Assembly (NCBI GenBank): GCA_965204745.1
Contig: OZ242010.1
Coordinates: 544,001-608,000, forward strand
Direction: 5' to 3'
Length of the DNA: 64,000 nt
From: Candidatus Latescibacterota bacterium
GTDB lineage: Bacteria > Latescibacterota > UBA2968
Part shown: positions 9,422-17,745 of the stretch, in pieces
Position numbering within the stretch: position 1 is the stretch's first letter
Layout: every line of letters starts with the position of its first letter
Made by a program: the position numbers and the translations under genes
The notes under the pieces: model-generated
What the model was told of the DNA's origin: nothing
Seen by the model: the letters and a program-made list of their open reading frames with translations, nothing else
Database searches by the model: none

Positions 9422-11137
9422 TCATATACTCGCTGTTTTTTTATGCAAATGTGCATACACCCCATCTTGCATAGCCAACTGCTCGTGCGTGCCCTGCTCT
9501 GCGATCTGTCCCTCATCCAGAACCACAATTTCATCTGCGGTTTGAATCGTTGACAGTCGATGCGCGATGATCAGCGTGGTTCTGCCTTGTCGCACGGTTT
9601 TTAACGCCTCTTGGATGTGATACTCCGATTCCATATCCAAGGCGGCAGTGGGTTCGTCCAAAATCAGAATCGGCGTGTCCATCAACAGCACACGCGCCAG
9701 TGCAACGCGCTGTTTCTGCCCCTCCGACATCTGTGCTCCCTGTTCGCCCACCAATGTTTCATAGCCCTCCGGCAATGACGCAATGAAGTCGTGAATGTAC
9801 GCGGCCCGCGTCGCGTCTTGAACATCTCGCATGGGTATCTCGTGCCCAAAGGTCAAGTTGTCTAAAATACTGCCTTGAAACAAGGTACTGCCCTGCATCG
9901 CAAACCCCACCTGTTGCCGAATGGATTTCAAGCGGTAGTTCCGAATATCGTACCCATCGAGCGACACATAGCCCTCTTGCGGATCGTAGAATCGCGGGAT
10001 CAATTTGGCAAGCGTCGATTTGCCTGAGCCGCTTCTGCCGACCAATGCAATGGTCGTTTGTGCCGGGATATGCAGGTCAATATGGCGCAACACGGGTTGC
10101 CCTTCATGATACGCAAAGCTCACATTGTGAAAACCGATCTCGCCTCGCACTTGCGGTAACGCGGGCATGTCGGGACGATCCTGAATTTCTGGCCTCAACT
10201 CATAGACTTCAAAAAAGCGATTGATGCGAACCAATGCCATTTCAACTTGTCCTACCAGGCCGATGAGATTGCCGATGGGACCGTAGAGATAGCCCACATA
10301 ACCCGAAAATGCCATATAACTGCCCAGGGAAAGATTGCCGTTTAGAACCTGCGTCCACCCATACCAGCCATAAGCCAACGTGCCCGCTGTTTTCACCAGC
10401 GATCCCACAAAATTGAAGCCGCCACTTAAATGCGTCGATCTGATCCGCAGTTTCGACACATCGAGAAAGATGCCTCTGATCTTGTGATAAAACGCGGCTT
10501 CCAACCCTAGGGCTTGCACGGTTCGGATACCCGAAAGCGATTCGTAGGACTTGGCCGAGGACTCAGCCGATGCTTCGGTCACTTTTTTGGAAATTCTGCT
10601 GAGGTACTTTTTTGAAACCATAATCAACACCGTATCAAATGGCAAGACCGCCAAACTGATCAAAGCCAGTTTCCAATTGATGTAGAGCAAAATAGGCGGG
10701 AAAATGAGCAACTGGAGCGTGTTCATAATCAGGCTGTTCACCATCCCGATGGTGCTGTTGACCGAACTGTCCATATCCCTAAATCGAGATAGGATTTCGC
10801 CTGTCTGCCGGTTGTCAAAAAAGCTGAAATCCAGTGATTGCACATGAGAATAGAAGCGCGATTTGAAATCCAACCCCATGTTGACGCCGACATAACGCGC
10901 AAAATACGTGCTCAACAATCCCGTAAATCCCAACCCCGTCGAAAGCACGGCCCCCAAAATCAGAATGAAGGTCAGGAGCGTGTGGTCTTTGTGGGGATAC
11001 ACATCATCGATCAACACTTTGGTAATGTATGGCCCTGGGATTTGCAAGAACATGACCATGATGCCCACGAGGAACGATTGAAAGATAAACCGCCAATACG
11101 GCCGGAGCATTTTGATGATCTTAAATATCTGACGCAT
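9422..11137 (-). CDS. ABC exporter (TMD plus NBD) without a C39 peptidase domain
   Basis: Walker A GRSGSGKS, variant signature MSEGQKQR, Walker B ILILDEPT, IIAHRLST; N-terminal TM domain. Confidence 0.95.
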   Translation of the reverse strand: MRQIFKIIKMLRPYWRFIFQSFLVGIMVMFLQIPGPYITKVLIDDVYPHKDHTLLTFILILGAVLSTGLGFTGLLSTYFARYVGVNMGLDFKSRFYSHVQSLDFSFFDNRQTGEILSRFRDMDSSVNSTIGMVNSLIMNTLQLLIFPPILLYINWKLALISLAVLPFDTVLIMVSKKYLSRISKKVTEASAESSAKSYESLSGIRTVQALGLEAAFYHKIRGIFLDVSKLRIRSTHLSGGFNFVGSLVKTAGTLAYGWYGWTQVLNGNLSLGSYMAFSGYVGYLYGPIGNLIGLVGQVEMALVRINRFFEVYELRPEIQDRPDMPALPQVRGEIGFHNVSFAYHEGQPVLRHIDLHIPAQTTIALVGRSGSGKSTLAKLIPRFYDPQEGYVSLDGYDIRNYRLKSIRQQVGFAMQGSTLFQGSILDNLTFGHEIPMRDVQDATRAAYIHDFIASLPEGYETLVGEQGAQMSEGQKQRVALARVLLMDTPILILDEPTAALDMESEYHIQEALKTVRQGRTTLIIAHRLSTIQTADEIVVLDEGQIAEQGTHEQLAMQDGVYAHLHKKTASI

Positions 11138-11147
11138 GGAATCGTTC
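11105..11147. repeat. 43-bp direct repeat, copy 1 (start of ABC gene)
   Basis: 40/43 identical to 12771-12813. Confidence 0.9.
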
Positions 11148-11483
11148 TAAAAAAAAGGTATTCGACAAATGCTTGAAGCACGTCATCTGTCATGGCTGAC
11201 GTTGTGCTTATGCGTTGGTGGCATGGTTTCAAGTCTGCCTCGTAGTGCTTTGATACAGGACCTGCAAGACCTGCTTGCACATGTTGCACGCGCAGGCAAG
11301 AAGCAGACAGGCGCGACCACAACTTAGTCATCCACCAGCGAAAAATGATAATGGGTGTTCAACGCTACCCGCTTGAAACTTCGGTAAGCATTGAACACCC
11401 AATGATCAGAGGTCATCTATTGCATTCTGCGAGATCGGGCGTCAATGATCAAACGGAAATTTCACCTGATCTTTTGACACCGC

Positions 11484-11903
11484 CTACTTATCCTTCTTCT
11501 TCTCCTCCTCTTCTTCTTCCCCTGTTTCGATTTCCGGTGCCCGGGGCGGACTTTGGTCGTGGCAACTCCTATAGCAAGATGTGTATGTTCTCGCTACTGC
11601 CATGACTCCTCCAGCAGCCAAGGCAGATCGCCAATTCCTATTGTTTGCGTATACTCCTCCAGCAACAGCAGCAGAATAAAGCAAAACACTCTCGGCAGCC
11701 TCGTAATGTGCCTCGTCAATTGCGGCCTGCCTTGGGTCCACATCCGTTGGAATCTGAGGCTCAACAGAAGTTGAATCCGGAGAAGTTGTATCCGGTTCGG
11801 CAATTTCAAATTCCAAACCCTTGTCTCCATCTCCAGAATATGCCATAACACTATGAGTGCTATCGGCATACGGAGATGGCGAGATTTTTCTGAGAGATCT
11901 CAT
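11484..11903 (-). CDS. Putative exported precursor B (139 aa) with conserved leader
   Basis: AAGGAG RBS, ATG 11903; MRSLRKISPSPYADSTHSVMAYSG...PDSTS; Ala/Gly-rich hydrophobic core and acidic/basic tail. Confidence 0.75.
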   Translation of the reverse strand: MRSLRKISPSPYADSTHSVMAYSGDGDKGLEFEIAEPDTTSPDSTSVEPQIPTDVDPRQAAIDEAHYEAAESVLLYSAAVAGGVYANNRNWRSALAAGGVMAVARTYTSCYRSCHDQSPPRAPEIETGEEEEEEKKKDK

Positions 11904-11941
11904 GGTTTGCTCCTTTCTTGAAAAGTGATGACGACCTCTGA

Positions 11942-12682
11942 TCACAACAATAAAAATTCACTATAGTGATATGCCACTATTGTGACTAAATTACCGATGG
12001 CGTGAAACACAAAGCTGGCAGTGAGTGAATTTGTGCGTTCTAACAAGAATGCTGTCACCACACCAACCAAAAATACGAAGATAAGACCCGTAAGATCAAT
12101 CATCCAAACATGGAAAAATGAAAAAATAAAGGCTGAAATCAAAGTTGATATAATACTATCATTTTGTTTGCGTAAGGTTCTATACAACAGACCGCGAAAG
12201 CACAATTCTTCGTCAAATGGACCTAAAAGACCCGTAACTATTATCTGGCCATAAAATATCGCATCAGAAGAATATTTGGGGGGATTACCAAAATTTATGT
12301 CTATCCCGGACTCTAAAATAGACACTATAGCACCGAAGACGAAGGCATAAATGATATATCGAAACTGAGTCGCAGGATATATTGCTCCCCAAATTAACTT
12401 GATCGATAAATCCACTTTCTTACATTGCCAGATAAGGAATGCAAGAAAGGCAAGCGTCAAAACTGGAGGAAGAGATATTGCCCCAATATGCCCCATATCC
12501 TGGAATGTTAAACCCCATCCATTGGCGTAATTAAAATATGCTATCAACAAGCCAGACAGTGCAATAACAACCAAACCAATTACACCGTACAAAACTAACC
12601 AAATAATTACTCTTTTGATAGACCATGGGAGTTGTGGTTGCAGGACATCATCAACTTCCAAAGTATCTTTGTTGTCTTGCAT
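11942..12682 (-). CDS. CPBP (CAAX protease/Abi) intramembrane metalloprotease
   Basis: EELCFRG, FSFFH and HAIGN motifs; multi-TM; AT-rich. Confidence 0.9.
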   Translation of the reverse strand: MQDNKDTLEVDDVLQPQLPWSIKRVIIWLVLYGVIGLVVIALSGLLIAYFNYANGWGLTFQDMGHIGAISLPPVLTLAFLAFLIWQCKKVDLSIKLIWGAIYPATQFRYIIYAFVFGAIVSILESGIDINFGNPPKYSSDAIFYGQIIVTGLLGPFDEELCFRGLLYRTLRKQNDSIISTLISAFIFSFFHVWMIDLTGLIFVFLVGVVTAFLLERTNSLTASFVFHAIGNLVTIVAYHYSEFLLL

Positions 12683-12770
12683 TTTTGTTCTCCCATGAAC
12701 TGCTATGGCAATTGTACATTAAACCCTATCATGCTTTGCTTCGTTATAGGCTCTGCTCGTGCCGCACCCT

Positions 12771-12813
12771 GAGCATTTTGATGATCTTGAATATCTGACG
12801 CATTGAATCATTC
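12771..12813. repeat. 43-bp direct repeat, copy 2 (orphan ABC start MRQIFKIIKMLR)
   Basis: Lies right after the hlyD stop; gives a 19-aa ORF at 12744-12803 whose first 12 aa equal those of the ABC exporter. Confidence 0.9.
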
Positions 12814-14104
12814 AGTTTCTGGCCTGTACATTTTCGGGCTGTTCTTCCAAGCGATAAATCTCAGGACGCCCTATTTTGCCCACTGTCTTGAGGAACTTTC
12901 GCCACAACAAGTTGACGATTGGGCCGCGCTCGGTCACGATTTTGGCGTCAACGCCCATGCCGTACGCGAGTGAATAAACGCTTTTGCCATCCGATACATG
13001 TGGGTCTATCACGCGCATGGTCACGGGATAAGTAGCATCTGCGCCACCACTCGGCAACAGACCCGCACCAAGGGGTGTCGCGGCTTCGGGCTTTCGCGGC
13101 ACGTCGGTCACCTCGCCCTCAAACACCTTGTATTCCATGTGTGGGAATGCGTTCACATACAACCGCACCCGCTGTCCCGCTTTCACCTTGGGAATATCCA
13201 CTTCTTGAATCATCACCCGCGCTTGCCAGCCATCCAACGCGGCCAATTCAATTACGGCTTCACCTGCCAAAATGCGGTCGCCCACGCGCTTCTCCAAATC
13301 GCGCGTCAACACGGTTCCCGAAACAGAGGCGCGAATCTGCATCTGTTCCAACTGCGTTTTGAGCAAGCGATAGCTAACCCGTAATTTTTCATCCATCTGC
13401 GCCATCGTTTTCAGTTCCTGTTTGCGATTGTCCAAGGCGGCCAACCTGCGCTTTGCACGCTCAATTTCTACTTTTGCACCCGCTACCCGCATCTGCTGTA
13501 ACCGAACCGGGATCAACGTATCCACAGGGGGACGCGCACTGCCATCTATGCGAAAGGGCAGGTATTTGTGGTAAATCTGATACTCTTTGCGAATCTGATC
13601 CAACTGTAACTGCGCGGTCTGATGCGCGACTTCTGCCCGTTCAATCTCGGTTTCCAAAACCGCGCGCTCGCGTTGCAACTCGACGGTCAACGCCTCGCGA
13701 CGACTTTGGTTCATCGCCCGTTCCTGTTCGAGTTGCGCCAATTCCGTGCGTAAATCCGCGTCATCCAACGTCAGCATCAAATCCCCTTGTTCAACCGCTT
13801 GCCCGTGTTGCACATGGACGGTTTGGATCAAGCCAGCGCGTTGGGCTTTTACTTCACAACGCGCACTGGGTTGCACGCGCCCTCGACCTTCAACCGTGAT
13901 TTCCATGCCCAAATGCCACCCCAACAGCCCGATGAGTGCGACCATGCTTCCCACAACACAGAGAATAATGAGCAAGAAATAGCGCACAAACCGAAAACCC
14001 ATCCCCGAAGTTGCGTGTGCTTCCGGACTCTGTGCGTGTGCAGACACCTCTCGATGTTGCGTGTGGTAGCCATTGCCCACTATCACCTGTTCCCCAAGTG
14101 CCAT
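12812..14104 (-). CDS. HlyD-family membrane fusion (adaptor) protein
   Basis: N-terminal TM, lipoyl half-motifs (VQHGQAVEQGD; IRASVSGTV), long coiled coil, AFPHMEYKVFEGEV. Confidence 0.92.
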   Translation of the reverse strand: MALGEQVIVGNGYHTQHREVSAHAQSPEAHATSGMGFRFVRYFLLIILCVVGSMVALIGLLGWHLGMEITVEGRGRVQPSARCEVKAQRAGLIQTVHVQHGQAVEQGDLMLTLDDADLRTELAQLEQERAMNQSRREALTVELQRERAVLETEIERAEVAHQTAQLQLDQIRKEYQIYHKYLPFRIDGSARPPVDTLIPVRLQQMRVAGAKVEIERAKRRLAALDNRKQELKTMAQMDEKLRVSYRLLKTQLEQMQIRASVSGTVLTRDLEKRVGDRILAGEAVIELAALDGWQARVMIQEVDIPKVKAGQRVRLYVNAFPHMEYKVFEGEVTDVPRKPEAATPLGAGLLPSGGADATYPVTMRVIDPHVSDGKSVYSLAYGMGVDAKIVTERGPIVNLLWRKFLKTVGKIGRPEIYRLEEQPENVQARN

Positions 14105-14257
14105 AACCCATGATCCTATATGCCGATCTGCATATACTCAGGTTGTTGATGGCGAACGCCAAAATAGTTTCATCTCTATAAACATGCGTTACATTCAGCG
14201 GTTTATCGCCGCTGAATGGGGCTTTTGAAACTCCTTTGATTTCGCAAGGGGAGTGCG

Positions 14258-14842
14258 TCATGTTAAACTCTCTACGACAGCCCTGATTCCGGCCGTCACA
14301 CCTGTTTGAATCGTTTCCAACGCCATGCTCGGTTGGGACGCGCCCGCGAGTTCTGGCGTGGGTGGTACGTGGATAAATCCCACAGGCGTATCGATCCCCT
14401 TTTCCGCGAGCAGATGCAATGTGGAATACAAGATGTGATTGCACAGGAACGTGCCCGCCGAATACGTCAATCGCGCAGGCACATTGGCCTCGCGCATTCG
14501 CCGAACCATCAACCGAGTCGGCAGGGTGGAGAAATAGGCATCGGGTCCCCGGTCAACAATGGGATAATCCACATCGTCTATCACTTTTAGGTTGATGCCA
14601 ACGCGCTCGACATGCAGCGCATTCGCCGAACCGTGCAAGCCCAAAGACACCACAGCCGCGGGTTTGTACTCGGCAATGAGCGGGGCGACTTTGGCAATAT
14701 CATCGCCGTGACTCACCGGCAACACGGTTGAAACGATTTCGCATCCCCGGATCAAAGCACCATCCAACGCCTCGGCCACAACGCCCGATGGATTGCTTGA
14801 CCACTCAGCCCAGGGTTCAAAACCCGTCAGTAAAATTTTCAT
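14258..14842 (-). CDS. pcp: Pyroglutamyl-peptidase I
   Basis: MKILLTGFEP, ERVGIN, SAGTFLCN and GFIHVP motifs. Confidence 0.93.
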   Translation of the reverse strand: MKILLTGFEPWAEWSSNPSGVVAEALDGALIRGCEIVSTVLPVSHGDDIAKVAPLIAEYKPAAVVSLGLHGSANALHVERVGINLKVIDDVDYPIVDRGPDAYFSTLPTRLMVRRMREANVPARLTYSAGTFLCNHILYSTLHLLAEKGIDTPVGFIHVPPTPELAGASQPSMALETIQTGVTAGIRAVVESLT

Positions 14843-14887
14843 CAAATAGCCCCTTGATATCCCGTCCCTTTCGTGCGGAACGGTTGT

Positions 14888-15042
14888 CATTAAGAGTAGA
14901 AAGCGAGTGGGAAGCAAGCCGCGACCAATCGCCGCCGACTCATCCATTACCGAATCGCCCCTTAGAACGTGTCTTAAAACAAACGATAGATGCCCCCTCC
15001 TCCGGCTCTTCTCCGCATGGATTCAACGCTTTATTCGCATTG
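14888..15042 (-). mobile_element. MITE built from IS982 ends
   Basis: Begins CAATGCGAATAAAGCGTTGAATCCAT (IS982 left end) and ends GCTTTCTACTCTTAAT (right end); interior homologous to 30297-30438. Confidence 0.75.
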
Positions 15043-15081
15043 TCAGGAACAAGCTAGCAGCGCGGGGGGTGTGTCACCTGA

Positions 15082-15412
15082 TCACGCCTCCAGCACCATC
15101 TGCAACAGCGCCATGCGGATATAAACGCCGTTGTGCGCTTGGCGGAAGTACGCGGCGCGCGGGTCTTTGTCCACCGCCGGATCGATCTCATCCACCCGGG
15201 GCAAGGGGTGCATCACGATGGCGTCGGCTGACAACGCGACCATCGCCGCCGGGTCGATGATGTATTTTCCCCGAACCGCTTCGTAGTCCGCGATGCGGTC
15301 ACCGAACCGCTCTCGCTGAATGCGCGTTTGGTACACCACATCCACGTCGGCCATGACCTTCATCAGGTCTTCTTCTTCTACAAACGCGACCCCGTGTTCT
15401 GCCAAATACGCA
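15082..15412 (-). pseudogene. pyrB: Aspartate carbamoyltransferase 3' fragment
   Basis: [23 protein letters not shown] and YFRQAHNG motifs; the N-terminal carbamoyl-phosphate domain is missing. Confidence 0.88.
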
Positions 15413-15459
15413 ACGAATAAAAAAATATAATAATAGGACAAGATAAATTCAATTTGGTA

Positions 15460-16383
15460 TTACTTCTCTCTTCCCACCTTCTTTTTCCACGCCTCCAGCC
15501 CTTGGTACGTTGCAAAGATCGCTTCGAGCAAGTGGCGAATTGCCGGGCCGAAATATCGGCCTTTGCGCCAAGCGATGCCGATCTCTCGGCGAAAGGACAC
15601 GCCCTCTACATCCACCACTTTCAACACCCCGTCCTTTAGGGACTCGCGCACGGCCAACATCGGCAAAAACGAAATGCCAACGCCCACCTCGACCAACTTT
15701 CGCATGGCCTCGGGGCTCCGCATTTCCATCACCACGCCGGGGGACACGCCCGCCTCGGCGAATCGCTCATCCACGATCTTGCGCGAGATGGAATCGGTGT
15801 GAAACAGCATCAGCGGCTCTTGCACGACCGCTTGCAAAGTCGCGGTTTTCCGCGCGGCAAAGGGATGCGACGCGCCCACGACCAGCGGCATGGAATCCCG
15901 GTAAATCGACACGGTCTCCACGCGCGGATGCTCAAATGGCAACGAGATGACCGCGAACTCGGAGCGATTCATCAGCAGATCATCCACCAAATAGCGCGAG
16001 GGTGCCACCTGTGCGGACAGGGCAATCTCGGGATAGGCGCGCATGTAAGCCTTCAAAATATCCGGCAACAAATACGTCACGGCCGCGTCAATCGCGCCAA
16101 ACTGAAACCCCTCGCCCGGCAACACGTCGCGCCGTTGCAAGCGGTCTTCGGCCTCTTCGATCAGGTCTTGAATCTGCATCGCGTAATGCACTAGGGTGCG
16201 GCCTTCCATCGTGAGCGTCGCCCGCTTGTTTCCCCGATTGAACAGGCGCACCCCCATCGTTCTTTCCAATTCTGCAATCCCGTTGCTCACGGTGGGTTGC
16301 GTCACGTACATCTCGCGGGCCGCGCGGCTAAAACTCCCGGTTTGGGCCACAGACAGAAAATAGCGCAAGTGATAAAAGTTCAT
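15460..16383 (-). CDS. LysR-family transcriptional regulator
   Basis: N-terminal HTH GSFSRAAREMYVTQPTVS plus substrate-binding domain; ATG 16383 after GGAGGGGAG. Confidence 0.95.
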   Translation of the reverse strand: MNFYHLRYFLSVAQTGSFSRAAREMYVTQPTVSNGIAELERTMGVRLFNRGNKRATLTMEGRTLVHYAMQIQDLIEEAEDRLQRRDVLPGEGFQFGAIDAAVTYLLPDILKAYMRAYPEIALSAQVAPSRYLVDDLLMNRSEFAVISLPFEHPRVETVSIYRDSMPLVVGASHPFAARKTATLQAVVQEPLMLFHTDSISRKIVDERFAEAGVSPGVVMEMRSPEAMRKLVEVGVGISFLPMLAVRESLKDGVLKVVDVEGVSFRREIGIAWRKGRYFGPAIRHLLEAIFATYQGLEAWKKKVGREK

Positions 16384-16394
16384 CTCCCCTCCTG

Positions 16395-16432
16395 TATAGA
16401 TTATTTCTATAACCAATATAGCAATTATTGAT
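16395..16432. promoter_or_regulatory. LysR operator (T-N11-A boxes) in the divergent promoter
   Basis: TATAG-N7-CTATA at 16395-16411 and a weaker ATAG-N7-TGAT at 16418-16432. Confidence 0.65.
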
Positions 16433-16499
16433 TTGTCAAATAAAGAAAAATGACGGACATTTTGCGCGACCCCGATCCCCTCATCTCAAGGAGAAGACC

Positions 16500-17585
16500 A
16501 TGAATCGCAAAGTCCGAGTCGCCATCATCGGCGTGGGCAACTGCGCGTCCTCGCTCGTGCAGGGCATTGAGTATTACAAGAACGCCGCTGAGGATGCGTT
16601 CATCCCCGGCTTGATGCACCCCAACTTGGGGGGGTATCACATCCGCGACATCGCGTTTTCCGCCGCGTTTGACATCAATGCCGAAAAAGTGGGCAAAGAC
16701 TTGGGCGAAGCCATCTTTGCCCCGCCCAACAACACCGTCAAATTCGCCGACGTGCCCCATCTCGACGTGCCGGTGTCCCGCGGCATGACGCACGATGGCT
16801 TGGGCAAATATCTCGACCGCGTCATCGCCAAAGCCGAAGGCGACACAGTGGATGTTGCCGAAGTCCTCAAAGCCACGCGCACGGATGTCGTCGTCAACTA
16901 CCTGCCCGTGGGCAGCGAACAAGCCACCAAGTGGTATGTCGAACAAGTTCTTCAAGCCGGTTGCGCGTTTGTCAACTGCATGCCCGTGTTCATCGCCAGC
17001 GCAGGGCACTGGCCCGAGCGGTTTGAAAAACGCGGCCTGCCCATCATCGGCGACGACATCAAATCGCAGGTCGGCGCGACCATCACGCACCGCGTGCTCA
17101 CCCGGTTGTTCCGCGAGCGCGGCGTCAAGCTCACCAAGACGTATCAACTCAATTTTGGCGGCAACACGGATTTTTACAACATGCTCGAGCGCGAACGCTT
17201 GGAGTCGAAAAAAATCTCCAAAACGCAAGCCGTCACGTCGCAACTCGACTACGACCTCGGCGAGGACAACATCCACGTTGGCCCCAGCGATCACATCCCG
17301 TGGTTGGAAGACCGCAAGTGGTGTCACATCCGCATGGAAGGCGAGACCTTTGGCGGCGTGCCCCTCAATTTGGAACTCAAGCTCGAAGTCTGGGATTCTC
17401 CGAACTCCGCGGGCGTGGTCATCGACGCGGTCAGGCTTTGCAAACTCGCCCTCAACCACGGCCTCAAAGGCCCGTTGATGGGCCCCTCGTCCTACCTGAT
17501 GAAATCCCCACCCAAACAATTCAGCGACGACCAAGCCCGCGAAATGACCGATGGCTTCATCCTGCAATACGGCCTAAAAAAATAA
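16500..17585 (+). CDS. ino1: Myo-inositol-1-phosphate synthase
   Basis: [31 protein letters not shown] and WDSPNSAG motifs. Confidence 0.96.
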   Translation: MNRKVRVAIIGVGNCASSLVQGIEYYKNAAEDAFIPGLMHPNLGGYHIRDIAFSAAFDINAEKVGKDLGEAIFAPPNNTVKFADVPHLDVPVSRGMTHDGLGKYLDRVIAKAEGDTVDVAEVLKATRTDVVVNYLPVGSEQATKWYVEQVLQAGCAFVNCMPVFIASAGHWPERFEKRGLPIIGDDIKSQVGATITHRVLTRLFRERGVKLTKTYQLNFGGNTDFYNMLERERLESKKISKTQAVTSQLDYDLGEDNIHVGPSDHIPWLEDRKWCHIRMEGETFGGVPLNLELKLEVWDSPNSAGVVIDAVRLCKLALNHGLKGPLMGPSSYLMKSPPKQFSDDQAREMTDGFILQYGLKK

Positions 17586-17608
17586 CCCGCCCCATCGGAC
17601 GCAACGCC

Positions 17609-17649
17609 AAAAAGCCCCCAGTATTTGATCTGGGGGCTTTTGTTTTTTT
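17609..17649. terminator. Intrinsic terminator
   Basis: AAAAAGCCCCCAG...CTGGGGGCTTTT followed by a T-tract. Confidence 0.85.
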
Positions 17650-17745
17650 GCAAAAACAAGGTGCTTCGGTGGCGAGGCGGGAGTTAAAAGCTGAGAACAA
17701 ATGACGTTACGCAATATCCCGCGTGTCATTCATCGGGGAATCGCG

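Noticed and set aside
11011-11331. 106-aa ORF as a third precursor
   Set aside because: No AYSG leader, weak RBS, and it overlaps the ABC gene out of frame.
11352-11401. Integron attC site
   Set aside because: Lacks the RYYYAAC/GTTRRRY ends, and there is no integron integrase in the window.
11560-11580. c-type heme-binding site in precursor B
   Set aside because: The motif is CxxxCH rather than CxxCH, and there is no Sec signal for periplasmic heme attachment.
14258-14842. pcp as part of the export/maturation cluster
   Set aside because: Separated from hlyD by ~150 bp of promoter-like DNA, and neither predicted mature N-terminus begins with Gln. The linkage is unsupported.
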